Source: Phyllobates terribilis
Taxonomy: Eukaryota
Length of the DNA: 64,000 nucleotides
Direction: 5' to 3'
Assembly (NCBI RefSeq): GCF_046119375.1
Contig: NW_027362846.1
Location: 6,014,001-6,078,000, forward strand
Every line of letters begins with the position of its first letter. Position 1 is the stretch's first letter. Below the pieces are notes generated by a model. The model had not been told where the DNA came from. It saw only the letters and a list, made by a program, of their open reading frames with translations, and did no database searches. Of this stretch, positions 22,855 through 33,339 are shown in pieces. The translations under genes and the position numbers were made by a program.

Positions 22855-24932
22855 CACACGTGGCTCCGCTCCATACACCTCGTACACACACGGCTCCGCT
22901 CCGTACACCCCGTACACACACGGCTCCGCTCCATACACCTCGTACACACACGGCTCCGTACAGCTCGTACACACGCGGCTCCGCTCAGTACATCTCGTAC
23001 ACACACGGCTCTGCTCCGTACACCTCGTACACACGCGGCTCCTCTCCGTACACCTCGTACACACGCGGCTCCTCTCCGTACGCCTCGTACACACACGGCT
23101 CTGCTCTGTACACCTCGTACACACGTGGCTCCTCTCCGTACGCCTCGTACACACACGGCTCCTCTCCATACACCTCGTACACACATGTGTGACGCCTACT
23201 CACTCGCTAGCCCACCCTGAGAGACGGGGGTACTCGGAACCGGGCCTCCAGGTAGAGGGTGGATGCAGTCGTGGCCTAGGCCCGGCCCGTGCCCAGGGTT
23301 GTCACATCAAAATAAGGGCCAGGAGGGACGGTGGTAATCGAGTGGATGTATTGACTACTCCACCTGTGGAGTCCGGTGATTCGCCACCAGCGCTGCAGCA
23401 GTCCTCTGAGGTGGGGATGTAGTGGCAGCAGAAGATGGTACTACTCCCCACAGGCGGAGCAGGGCCTGAGGGCAGAGAGGACGGATCAGAGGGAGTCGTA
23501 GTGGGTGGTGCGGTGTTGCGCTGAAATAAGGGACCGGAGGCTGTCTTCCAAGCTTTACTCACGTTGTTAGATGTCAGCTGCAAGGCTTCTCCTTGCTCCT
23601 CGCGGCGCGCTGCAGCCACCAGGAAGGGGTTCAGCACACTCCGGGTAGTTCGGGTGCATCAATCAGTACCCCCTGCACCAGAGTGTTCCTAGACTTTCCC
23701 ACTAGGTCCTCTCCTGTCCGTATGTGGTGCGTGTTGTAAGGCTGGGTCTCCCTCTGGCTATACACAGAACAAGGGTACGGGTAGCGACTCCGCTCCATCC
23801 GTTACCCAGCGGGATCCTCTAAGCCTCCGGGCTTTTCTGACTAGGACATGAAGTAGCAAAGCCAGATTTCGGGGGGCGGTACCCCTTTTGCAGCAGGAAT
23901 CCCTCTGACTAGGCCAGAATAGTGAGGACAGGTGGCGTATGCCGAAATGTCTGCATCCCCCTGGGATCCTTTTGCCTGTGGAGCTTGTCTCCTCTGCTCC
24001 CCTCCAGGCCTTCTTAGGTAGGGACCTTGACCGGGTAGAGACAGCCTTTAACTCTAGCCCGCTCCTCGTCTCAAGGCCAGAGAACGAGGACCGTTTATCT
24101 TCAATAGGCTGCAGGTTCACACAGAAAGCCACGTTCAGTGATGAAGATCACAGTCAAAGACCATGAACTTAAGATGGCCGTTTATTAAATATGAATTTTG
24201 TGGTGTAACCTAAAGTGCGTCCTCCACTACATGGTTCCCCCTATCTTTTGGTTCCCCCCATCTCCTCTTATCCCGGCTGGGGCAGCACCCAGGTGCATAT
24301 AAGCCCCCCCTCAGGTGGGAGAGGTGTAGTGTTGGATGGATGGCTGAGTCCTGAGAGGTGCTCCTTCCTTACCTCGGAGAGGAGATACCACACCTCGGTC
24401 TGAGGTGCAGTACTCCTGTGGTGACTGAACCCTCAGGGGCGCCACAATGGCTCCGCTCCGCACACCTCGTACACACGCAACTCTGCTCCGCACACACACG
24501 GCTCCTCTCCGTTCACCTCGTACATGCGCGGCTCCGCTCCGTACGCCTCGTACACGCGCCGCTCCGCTCCGTACGCCTCGTACACGCGCCGCTCCGTACG
24601 CCTCGTACACGCGCCGATCCGCACGCCTCGTACACGCGCGGCTCCACACACCTCGTACACGCGCGGCTCCACACACCTCGTACACACGCGGCTCTGCTCC
24701 GTACACATCGTACACGGGCGGCTCCGATCCGTACACCTAGTACACACTTGGTTCTGCTCCGTACACCTCATACACACGCGGCTCTGCTCCGTACACCTCG
24801 TACACACGCGGCTCTGCTCCGTACACCTCGTACACGCGCGGCTCTGCTCCGTACACCTCGTACACATGGCTCTGCTCCGTACACCTCGTACACACGCGGC
24901 TCCGCTCCGTACCCCTCGTACACACGCGGCTC
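22855..24932. repeat. 30-bp CpG-rich minisatellite upstream of ZNF gene A, split by a solo LTR
   Basis: Unit cacgcggctccgctccgtacacctcgta(ca), with variants, at 22855-23187 and 24447-24932. Confidence 0.93.
23188..24446. mobile_element. Solo LTR (~1.26 kb), TGTGACGC...GGGGCGCCACA family
   Basis: TG...CA termini; imperfect short duplication (atg) of the flank; same family inverted at 37001-38358 and related at 50859-52039. Confidence 0.85.
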
Positions 24933-25105
24933 TGCTACATCCACACTGTAAACCCCTCCTGACCCCACACATAAACTTCAGCTCATCCAGCACCATGACA
25001 ACCAGCACAGCAGAGTCCTGCATCCACTGAGGCCCCTGATCATGTGACCCCTGACTCCTCCCCTCCTGTGACCTCATCACAGGTCCTGTGCGCACAGAGC
25101 AGCCA
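24933..25105 (+). promoter_or_regulatory. Putative promoter block of ZNF gene A
   Basis: Near-identical to 45448-45612. Contains TCATGTGAC (E-box-like), TGACCTCA and TGCGCA (NRF1-like). A candidate first-exon donor ggag|gtatgt follows at 25134. Confidence 0.55.
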
Positions 25106-25739
25106 TATATGTGGTGGCGGCTCTGCAGGTGGAGGTATGTGGAGTCTCCATTACTCGCAATCAGGATTAGCCGTTATTCACACTCGTGCGTCTATTTTGT
25201 GTCTGCTTTTCTTGCATGGTGACATAAATCATCCCTCTGATTGACAGCTGGCTGCTCGCAGGGAGGCTGCTGACAATCAGTGTGATGTCGTCAGTCACGT
25301 CCCATCAAGAAGCAGAGCCAAAGAGAAGCCGCTGCTCTGTCTACGTGACTCATCAGGAGCCGCAGGAGCAGTCCATCACCGATCTGTTCTCGCAGACATT
25401 GAGACAGGCTGTTAGGAACTATCTGCCTTTTACTTTTAATATGTCCGTGTTCACACCACGAGTGCAGCGTTCAGGCCAAACCTCCTCTGGTCCTCAAAGC
25501 GAAGCTCATTAATGGCCGCCATAAAAATCCACTTCTTCTTCTTCTTCCGACATCATCCAGGATCAGATCCACAGATTACTGCTTTATACCAGAATCAGTG
25601 ATTGTATTATTACATAGAATTATTGATGACGTTACATCTTCTCATCTTCTTCTCATTCAGGTCTCTACAATATCGGATCCTCTCAGTGAAGATCTTCTAT
25701 AGAAGAGAAGTCTCCTCGACGGATAGGGACAGAGACAAG

Positions 25740-28700
25740 ATGGTGGAGAGGATATTCCACCTCACCCTAGAGATCCTCTTCCGGCTTACTGGAGAGGTGA
25801 GAGATTCTGATGACGTCACATTACATCATTCTTATCTATGGGAATAACAGATGGACAGAACTGGAGAGGTGAGGACTCTGGAAATGTCTGGAGGGAGATT
25901 TATTAATGTGTCTCTCCATAACCAGGATTACACAGTAGTGAAGAAGACCTCTAGTGAGCGCTGTCAGGACCCTGTGTCTGAGGGATGGGGAAGACCCCTG
26001 AGCCCAATCATGGGGCCTCCACCTCACCCCCTGATACATGAGGACATCAATGACCAGAAGATCCTAGAACTCACCTACAAGATGATTGAGCTGCTGACTG
26101 GAGAGGTGACACTGCTGGGAATGCTGGGACATTATACAGTAACGCTATGGAGGGATCGGGGGATGACTGTATCATTGTATGTGTCAGGTTCCTATAAGGT
26201 GTCAGGATGTCGCTGTCTATTTCTCCATGGAGGAGTGGGAGTATTTAGAAGGACACAAAGATCTGTACAAGGACATCATGATGGAGGTTCCCCAGCCCCT
26301 CACATCACCAGGTAATAGACAGGACTAAATACACACGGCCTATAATTATCTGTATGTAAAGAATGAATTCAGCCCCTGTATGTGTTTCCTCCAGATCTAT
26401 CCAGTAAGAGGACAACACCAGAGAGATGTCCCCGTCCTCTTCTTCCACAGGACTGTAAACAAGAAGACCCCAATGTTCCTCAGGATCATCAGGTAGATGG
26501 AGAGAAGGTGTCATGAGATCTCCCCTATGATGTGTAGACGGCTGTGAAGGTCTTGTGTTCAGTCTTGTTTTATCCACCAGTATTATATGTTTTATACTTG
26601 TGTAATGAGAACGGTGGAGATGGCAGGATTAGAGCTGATCATAGATGGGACTTCTCCATCTGTCTGTGACTTTTACAATATTTGTTTCAGGGTGAAGATC
26701 TGACCCATATTAATACTACAGAGACATATGTGAGGGGTGATGAGCGGTGTAAAGAGGAGATTCCTACATATGACCACCCAGGTGAGTAGTGACCACTAAA
26801 TGCAGAGAAGTCACAGATCCTGTGGTCATTATATTATGAGTTTGATCACACAAGTAAGTGACGTGCATTTTACTTGCAGATAGATTTGATGCGTAATAAA
26901 ACAAAAGCTTTTTTTTCACTTTTTTTGATTAACGCGTTTTGGCAGCAAATCTTTAATGCTCAGAGTTTTATTTGCTGCAGAAAGGCGCCATGTCTCCAAT
27001 TGTAATGTAATTGTGAGTTGCCAGATTACAGCTGAATGTCAAGAAGAGAGCCGGGTCACACACAGAAGTCAGGCAGGTGGACATCTAAGATGGAGAAGCC
27101 AAGGTCAATATCTAGCAGCAGTACACGTCCCGGAAGAGCAGTCAAGTGAGAAGCCAAACCGTTCTGCGGTCAACAAGAAGTATGTAGGCAGATCAGGAAA
27201 GGGTTGAGAAGTAGGGTCAGGTAATTATCTGGTCAAAGCCCAGTTTTGATTCTCCATTGAACATTTCACTAGAAAAGATCAGTGACAATACACACAAAGG
27301 AAATAAACGTGTCTATAACAAAACAGGTGTAATTGCAATAATGTCCTAGGAGAAATACTTCATTTTCTGGAACAATTTTAATGGCGCCAACTATTTCAAC
27401 CATGACTGTGTACAGAGAAATGTGAGACAATATAGAGATTAAAAATACAATTTATTAGATCGCAGTTGAAAACACATAAAAATACAAAAAGCCATTTAAG
27501 AGGGATCAATGTAATCACAAAAAACAATGGAATGAGGCATCTGGATGAGTCCTGGATAAGTCCTAAGCATACAGCCTTGAAGGGGTATTCCCATCTCCAA
27601 AATCCTATCCCAAAATATAGTAGGTGTGATAATAATAACAGAAAATACCTCCAATTAGAAATGTACTCCGAGTGTCCTGGGATCACCACGCTGACGTACC
27701 GACCTCCATCCCCTTACAGCAGAAGCACAAGGTGGCAGAGATAACATTCGTGACTGTGCCGCACACTGGAATGTTATTGTCGGGGGAGTTGCCAATTCGG
27801 ACCTCGGCCCCCATGAGTGGCTCAGGGCAACAGTCCATCCTGTTGGTTATGGCGACGCTGGATGTCTTGTAGCTCTTGCCCAGGTCCAGCTTCCACCAGG
27901 GATCCTTCTCCAGGTTGGTGTGGGTGCAGAAGTCACTATTGAAGTCGGTGTCTTTGTTCTCATCGATGGCGTTCTTAGCCAATATGCTCCTGGTGGCATA
28001 CGGATAGTCCGACACCTGGGAGGCCACTCCGGTCCTTGCTATGTTTGTGGTCCAGGTGCAGGAGCAAATCCCAGAGCCAGAACCACAGATCCCAGTAGAA
28101 TCAGAGAAGATACAAGATTCATCCAGATTGTGCAGGAGCAGCTCCTGTGAGTACAGACTGCAGGGAATAGTCACTGATTACCAGGGAACCAGCATTTATC
28201 AGATGTGGAGATTACACAGGACCTTCACTTACATCTCCTGCAGGATGAATCTTGTATCTTCTCTGATTCTACTGGGATCTGTGGTTCTGGCTCTGGGATT
28301 TGCTCCTGCACCTGGAGCCACAAACATAGCAAGGACCGGAGTGGCCTCCCAGGTGTCGGACTATCCGTATGCCACCAGGAGCATATTGGCTAAGAACGCC
28401 ATTGATGGGAACAAAGACACCGACTTCAATAGTGACTTCTGCACCCACACCAACCTGGAGAAGGATCCCTGGTGGAAGCTGGACCTGGGCAAGAGCTACA
28501 AGATATCCAGCGTCGCCATAACCAACAGGATGGACTGTTGCCCTGAGCGACTGATGGGGGCCGAGGTCCGAATCGGGAACTCCCCCGACAATAACATTCC
28601 AGTACGCGGCACAGTCACGAATGTGGTCTCTGCCACCTTGTCCTTCTGCTGTAAGGGGATGGAGGGTCGCTACGTCAGCATGGTGATCCCATGACACTCG

Positions 28701-30208
28701 GAGTACCTGTCGATGTGTGAGGTCGAGGTTTATTCAGACTCCAATTAGAAATGTGGTATAGTTCTCCTGATTCTTTGTCACTTACCCCATGTGCAGAGCA
28801 TTGCAGTAGCTTAGGTATCCATAGTTATGACCACTAGCAACTAACTTGCAATGCCCTGAACATGGGGTAAGTGACATAGCGAATCAGAAGAACTATACTA
28901 CATTTCTAATTGGAGATATTTGCTAATCTTATTTTTATTACACCTCCTACATATTGGTATAGTTTCTCGGAGATGTGAATACCCCATCTTACATGTTTTT
29001 ATGGCGTGTATTTTTATCTGTTGCTGTAGATTGTAATGTAATAAAGCTTATTTTTAATCCTCCTTTTATTGCCTGAAACGTTTCTGCCTGTATGTATGTA
29101 TAGAGAAATGTTATAAAATATAAGGAATTGATATAAAAAAATAATAAAATCAGATTTATTCTTGGCAGATGACTGTGGTGTCAAACCAGATACCCATGAA
29201 AAGCGTGCCATTATTCCAGCTATACCTCCAGCCCTTCAGAGCAAAAATCAATCATCTGAGCCTTTTCAATCCGTCATCTACTTGGATTCATCACAGACTG
29301 TTAAGCAAAATGAAAGCCAGAGAAGGGATGTCGAACATCAAATAATTCCCACAGGGAAGAAACCATTTTCCTGTTCAGAATGTGGGAAATGTTTTAAAAC
29401 TAAATATAAATTGCTTAAACATCAAAGATTTCACACAGGAGAGAAGCCATATTCATGTTCAGAATGTGGGAAATGTTTTATCCAGAAACCAGATCTTCAT
29501 AAACATGAAAAATTTCACACAGGAGAGAAGGCATATTCATGTTCAGAATGTGGGAAATGTTTTATCCAGAAATCAGATCTTCATAAACATCAAAGAATTC
29601 ACACAGGAGAGAAGGCATATTCATGTCCAGAATGTGGGAAATGTTTTGAACATAAATCTAAATTGCTTATGCATCAAAGAAGTCACACAGGAGAAAAGCC
29701 ATTTTCATGTTCAGAATGTGCGAAATGTTTCAGCAATAAGTCAAATTTGCTTAAACATTACAGAAGTCATACAGGAGAGAAGCCATATTCATGTTCAGAA
29801 TGTGGGAAATGTTTTATCCAGAAATCAGATCTTCATAAACATCAAAGAATTCACACAGGAGAGAAGCCATATTCATGTTCAGAATGTGGGAAATGTTTTA
29901 TCCGGAAACCAGATCTTCAAAAACATCAAAGAATTCACACTGGAGAAAAGCCATATTCATGTTCAGAATGTGGGAAATGTTTTATCCAGAAACCAGATCT
30001 TCATAAACATTACAGAATTCACACAGGAGAGAAGCCATATTCATGTTCAGAATGTGGGAAATGTTTTATCCGGAAACCAGATCTTCAAAAACATCAAAGA
30101 ATTCACACTGGAGAAAAGCTATATTCATGTCCAGAATGTGGGAAATGTTTCACGCAGGGTTCATGTTTAATACAGCATATACAGTTACACAAAATAAAAA
30201 GGGATTAA
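25740..30208 (+). CDS. KRAB-like C2H2 zinc-finger gene A (XlCOF/XlCGF type), 10 fingers, ~529 aa; coding exons 25740-25796, 25926-26105, 26188-26311, 26395-26492, 26691-26781, 29169-30208
   Basis: All introns GT-AG with consistent phases (total 1590 nt). KRAB-A-like [33 protein letters not shown]; [15 protein letters not shown] linkers. Confidence 0.9.
27663..28122 (-). pseudogene. Fucolectin (F-type lectin) copy 1, inverted, frameshifted, 3'-truncated
   Basis: Reverse complement of 28245-28708 with a few substitutions, two 1-nt deletions, and RMDCCPEP in place of RMDCCPER. Confidence 0.9.
28245..28748 (+). pseudogene. Fucolectin (F-type lectin) copy 2 with signal peptide; premature TGA at 28692
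   Basis: [20 protein letters not shown] signal peptide; [16 protein letters not shown]-x26-RMDCCPER fucose-binding motif, [34 protein letters not shown] intron at 28147-28243 lies just upstream of the ATG. Confidence 0.92.
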
Positions 30209-30971
30209 TAGAAGGACTTACTAGGCCGATCGCAGAGACGATTCAGTTTAGCTGGAGGGAAGCAGTCAAACGAACCGTTATGGAACAGGACCCCCGCTTA
30301 CACAAATATGTATAACCCGGCATGAGTATAGATCAATATTCGGCCTGATCTTTTATGCCGACAGGGGCACTGCCCACACACTCCCCTGTGATGACCTCAC
30401 GTGGGCTGGTCTCCGCCCTTCTTGGTTTTATTAAATCTCTAATTTTCTGCGATAACTCCTCACTGGTTGATCGCAGAAGTTAGCAAGTGATGCCATCTTT
30501 TTTATTGCAAATTTACCTGTGACGGATCAACCCCGTACTCCAAGATTTTGCCACATGGGGGTTGTCGTAGCGCCTATGCAGCTAATGGGACATAATGTTA
30601 CAAAGTGGGGTGAATATTGTGGATCACATATTGTTGGACATTTTGTGATGTGACCAAAGCACTCCTGGCCCCCACCTTCCTGTGCTCACTTAGCAGTGGC
30701 AAACAGACAATGTGCTGATTAATGGGTTGTTGCCTAACTGCTGTCTGGGAGCCTACTGTGGGTATTATCTGGTGAGAACAATGGGTGCTAAATATAGCCT
30801 GTGTGATTCTCTATAAAACCTGCTTGTAAGAATAAAAGTTTTAGTTCATCTTGGAGACACAGTGCGATAGTCATATTTTATATATCCCAGTGTAAGAAAA
30901 GCCTTTCCATGTCCGGGGCCGGCAGAAGAAGATTGGACATCTGCGGATGGGGTAACTAGCTCCCGTCACAC

Positions 30972-30989
30972 TGGTGGCAGCGGTGGGAT
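30972..30989 (+). other. Primer-binding site, complementary to the 3' end of tRNA-Leu
   Basis: TGGTGGCAGCGGTGGGAT starts 1 nt after the 5' LTR. Confidence 0.8.
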
Positions 30990-31021
30990 GCGGTCCATCT
31001 TCTTCAGGAACCAAGGACTGA

Positions 31022-32468
31022 ATGGAAGATATCTACCGGAAGCTAAAGAGGAATACTTTGAAGAACCTTGTGGAAGCTCGAGGGTTAACCGCCAGCAACA
31101 AAACAAAAGCGGATTTGATAGCAGCCATTATGGAGCTCGACAATGCAACAACCTCCAACGGGAACGTGGAAGAGACTGAATTCCAGAGGGAGGTAAAGAG
31201 CAGACTGGCACTTTATGCTCCCAACCCGGCAGTACAGATCATAGATAAGGTGATGGCTGATGTGCGTACTGATCTGGATAAAAAGATGGAGATGGAGAGG
31301 ACAGAGCGGATGGAGCTAGCCAGGATGGAGATGGCAGAGCGGACCAAGATAGAGCTAGCCAAGATGGAGATGGCGGAGCGGAGACAGGAGATACAGCGAG
31401 CTGGGGAAGCCCTGGCTTCCTCCCCGGTACCAGCAGGGGTAAGCCACAAAATGATCCAATACAATGCCTTCCGACAGTTGGGGGAGGCAGAGGAAGACAT
31501 TGATGGCTTTCTGCAGGACTTTGAGCGGCAGTGTACACTTCATAAAGTGGAGCCGGAGGATTGGGTCCAGATTCTGGCCAACAAGCTGACAGGCCGGGCA
31601 GCGGATGCCTATCGCACTGTATCGGATCAGGACTGTATGGACTATAAGCGAGTCAAAGAAGTGATCTTGGCCCGGTATGCTCTAACACCAGAGGCATACC
31701 GTCAAAAGTTCCGCAAAACCACAAAACGGGAAACGGATACCCACGCTGAATGGGCCTGTAAACTATGGCAGTCACGCTTACAGTGGGTACAAGGTAGCAA
31801 AGCAGACACGAAGGAGGACGTCCTACAGCTCATCATGTTAGAACGATTCTTTTACTGGGTTAACTCCCGAGACGCAAGAATGGCTTCGGGACTGACCGAT
31901 GAACATTATGATGCCAGGAGGGCCCAATTGTCAGGGTCCAAAACTGTCTCAAGGGGCCCTCCCATGGGTCTGGAGGCCCCTAAACCACAGAAGCTTGGCG
32001 GGGGACCCACCAATACCCCGGCCTACCAGAGTCCTCCTGGGGTGCGATGCCACACCTGCCATCAACTGGGTCACCTGCAGAGACACTGTCCCAACCGGAC
32101 CCAGCGCACCCAGTGGCCAAAACCGGAAACGACTACCTTCAACCGGGCCGCTGTACACTGCTACCAAGACGAAGCCGACCCGGCATCGGTGGCTATGGCT
32201 GAAACATATCCTGTCACTACCCGGAGACAAGCTCGAGCTGCGGAGGCGGAATCACACTCGGAGGAGGCCCAGGTAAGACACTACAGCTCTTCTCGTATTC
32301 CCATAGCCAGACACATTTCATGGGACACCCCAGCAGAATTTAGGAAGGAGGTACTAGAGGATCCCTCATTGCAGGGGTATCGCGGGAAGGCACAGGAGGG
32401 AAGAGGGGTACTGGAAGGTGAACAGTTTATATGGCATCAGGGACTCCTCTACAGGGTTACCGGGCAAA
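31022..32468 (+). CDS. Gmr1-like Gag (SAP-like N-terminus, SCAN-like capsid region, CCHC knuckle) continuing into the pre-integrase region
   Basis: LKNLVEARGL...KADLI, FLQDFERQC, LTGRAADAY, PEAYRQKFR, LIMLERF, CHTCHQLGHLQRHC; no D(S/T)G protease motif. Confidence 0.8.
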
Positions 32469-33339
32469 AAACCAGACAATGTGAACTGAGGTCTAAGATG
32501 GCAGACATACAAGAAACAGAGGCATGTTCACACTAGCAAAAAAGAAGCAAGACAAAAATATATCTCATACCCTACCATAATTATATATAAATGTAAAGCA
32601 AAGTTGCATAATAAATATAGGGTACTTAGTGAACTATTTTTGATCAAAAAAAGTATACAAGCCGTCCCACCAGCGGCAAGGTGACCCTAAATTGGGACGG
32701 TACCTATACTGCCTATATTAAAAACCTTACTGTATATCAAAGTTGAAGTAATGCATATAAAAGGGTAGACAAATAGGACCGGGTCCCAACTCCAGACCAC
32801 CTAGGCCCGTGGTAAGCTACATATATACCAATCAGCTCAACAAAGGGCATGCCACACCCTTAAATTGCACAGAATGCAAACAAGTCAAAAAACCAGACAA
32901 TGTGAACTGAGGTCTAAGATGGCAGACATACAAGAAACAGAGGCATGTTCACACTAGCAAAAAAGAAGCAAGACAAAAATATATCTCATACCCTACCATA
33001 ATTATATATAAATGTATATAAATGTAAAGCAAAGTTGCATAATAAATATAGGGTACTTAGTGAACTATTTTTGATCAAAAAAAGTTGGGACCCGGTCCTA
33101 TTTGTCTACCCTTTTATATGCATTACTTCAACTTTGATATACAGTAAGGTTTTTAATATAGGCAGTATAGGTACCGTCCCAATTTAGGGTCACCTTGCCG
33201 CTGGTGGGACGGCTTGTATACTTTTTTTGATCAAAAATAGTTCACTAAGTACCCTATATTTATTATGCAACTTTGCTTTACATTTATATATAATTATGGT
33301 AGGGTATGAGATATATTTTTGTCTTGCTTCTTTTTTGCT
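32469..33339. mobile_element. 871-bp insertion with tandem plus inverted internal repeat and 16-bp TSD (Penelope-like architecture)
   Basis: AGGGTTACCGGGCAAA at 32453-32468 and 33340-33355. Segment A (32469-32790) is partly repeated at 32887-33085 and inverted at 33086-33339. Confidence 0.75.

Larger units (their letters stand above)
27581..28986. mobile_element. Long-palindromic T2/Kolobok-like MITE, interrupted by the fucolectin cassette
   Basis: Left end aggggtattcccatctcc and right end ggagatgtgaatacccc. Inner arms 28739-28795 and 28840-28915 are reverse complements. Flanking TTAA is degenerate. Confidence 0.7.

Noticed and set aside
25851-26315. ORF-track proteins MDRTGEV... (also 45836-46183)
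   Set aside because: Read-through of intron sequence around real ZNF exons; the spliced model fits better.
27663-28748. Fucolectin as a processed retrocopy or an intact gene
   Set aside because: An upstream GT-AG intron is retained and there is no poly(A). The + copy has TGA at 28692 where the - copy has GGA, and the - copy is frameshifted.
32469-33339. Hammerhead ribozyme in the Penelope-like insertion
   Set aside because: No convincing CTGA(T/N)GA...GAAA core seen on either strand by eye.
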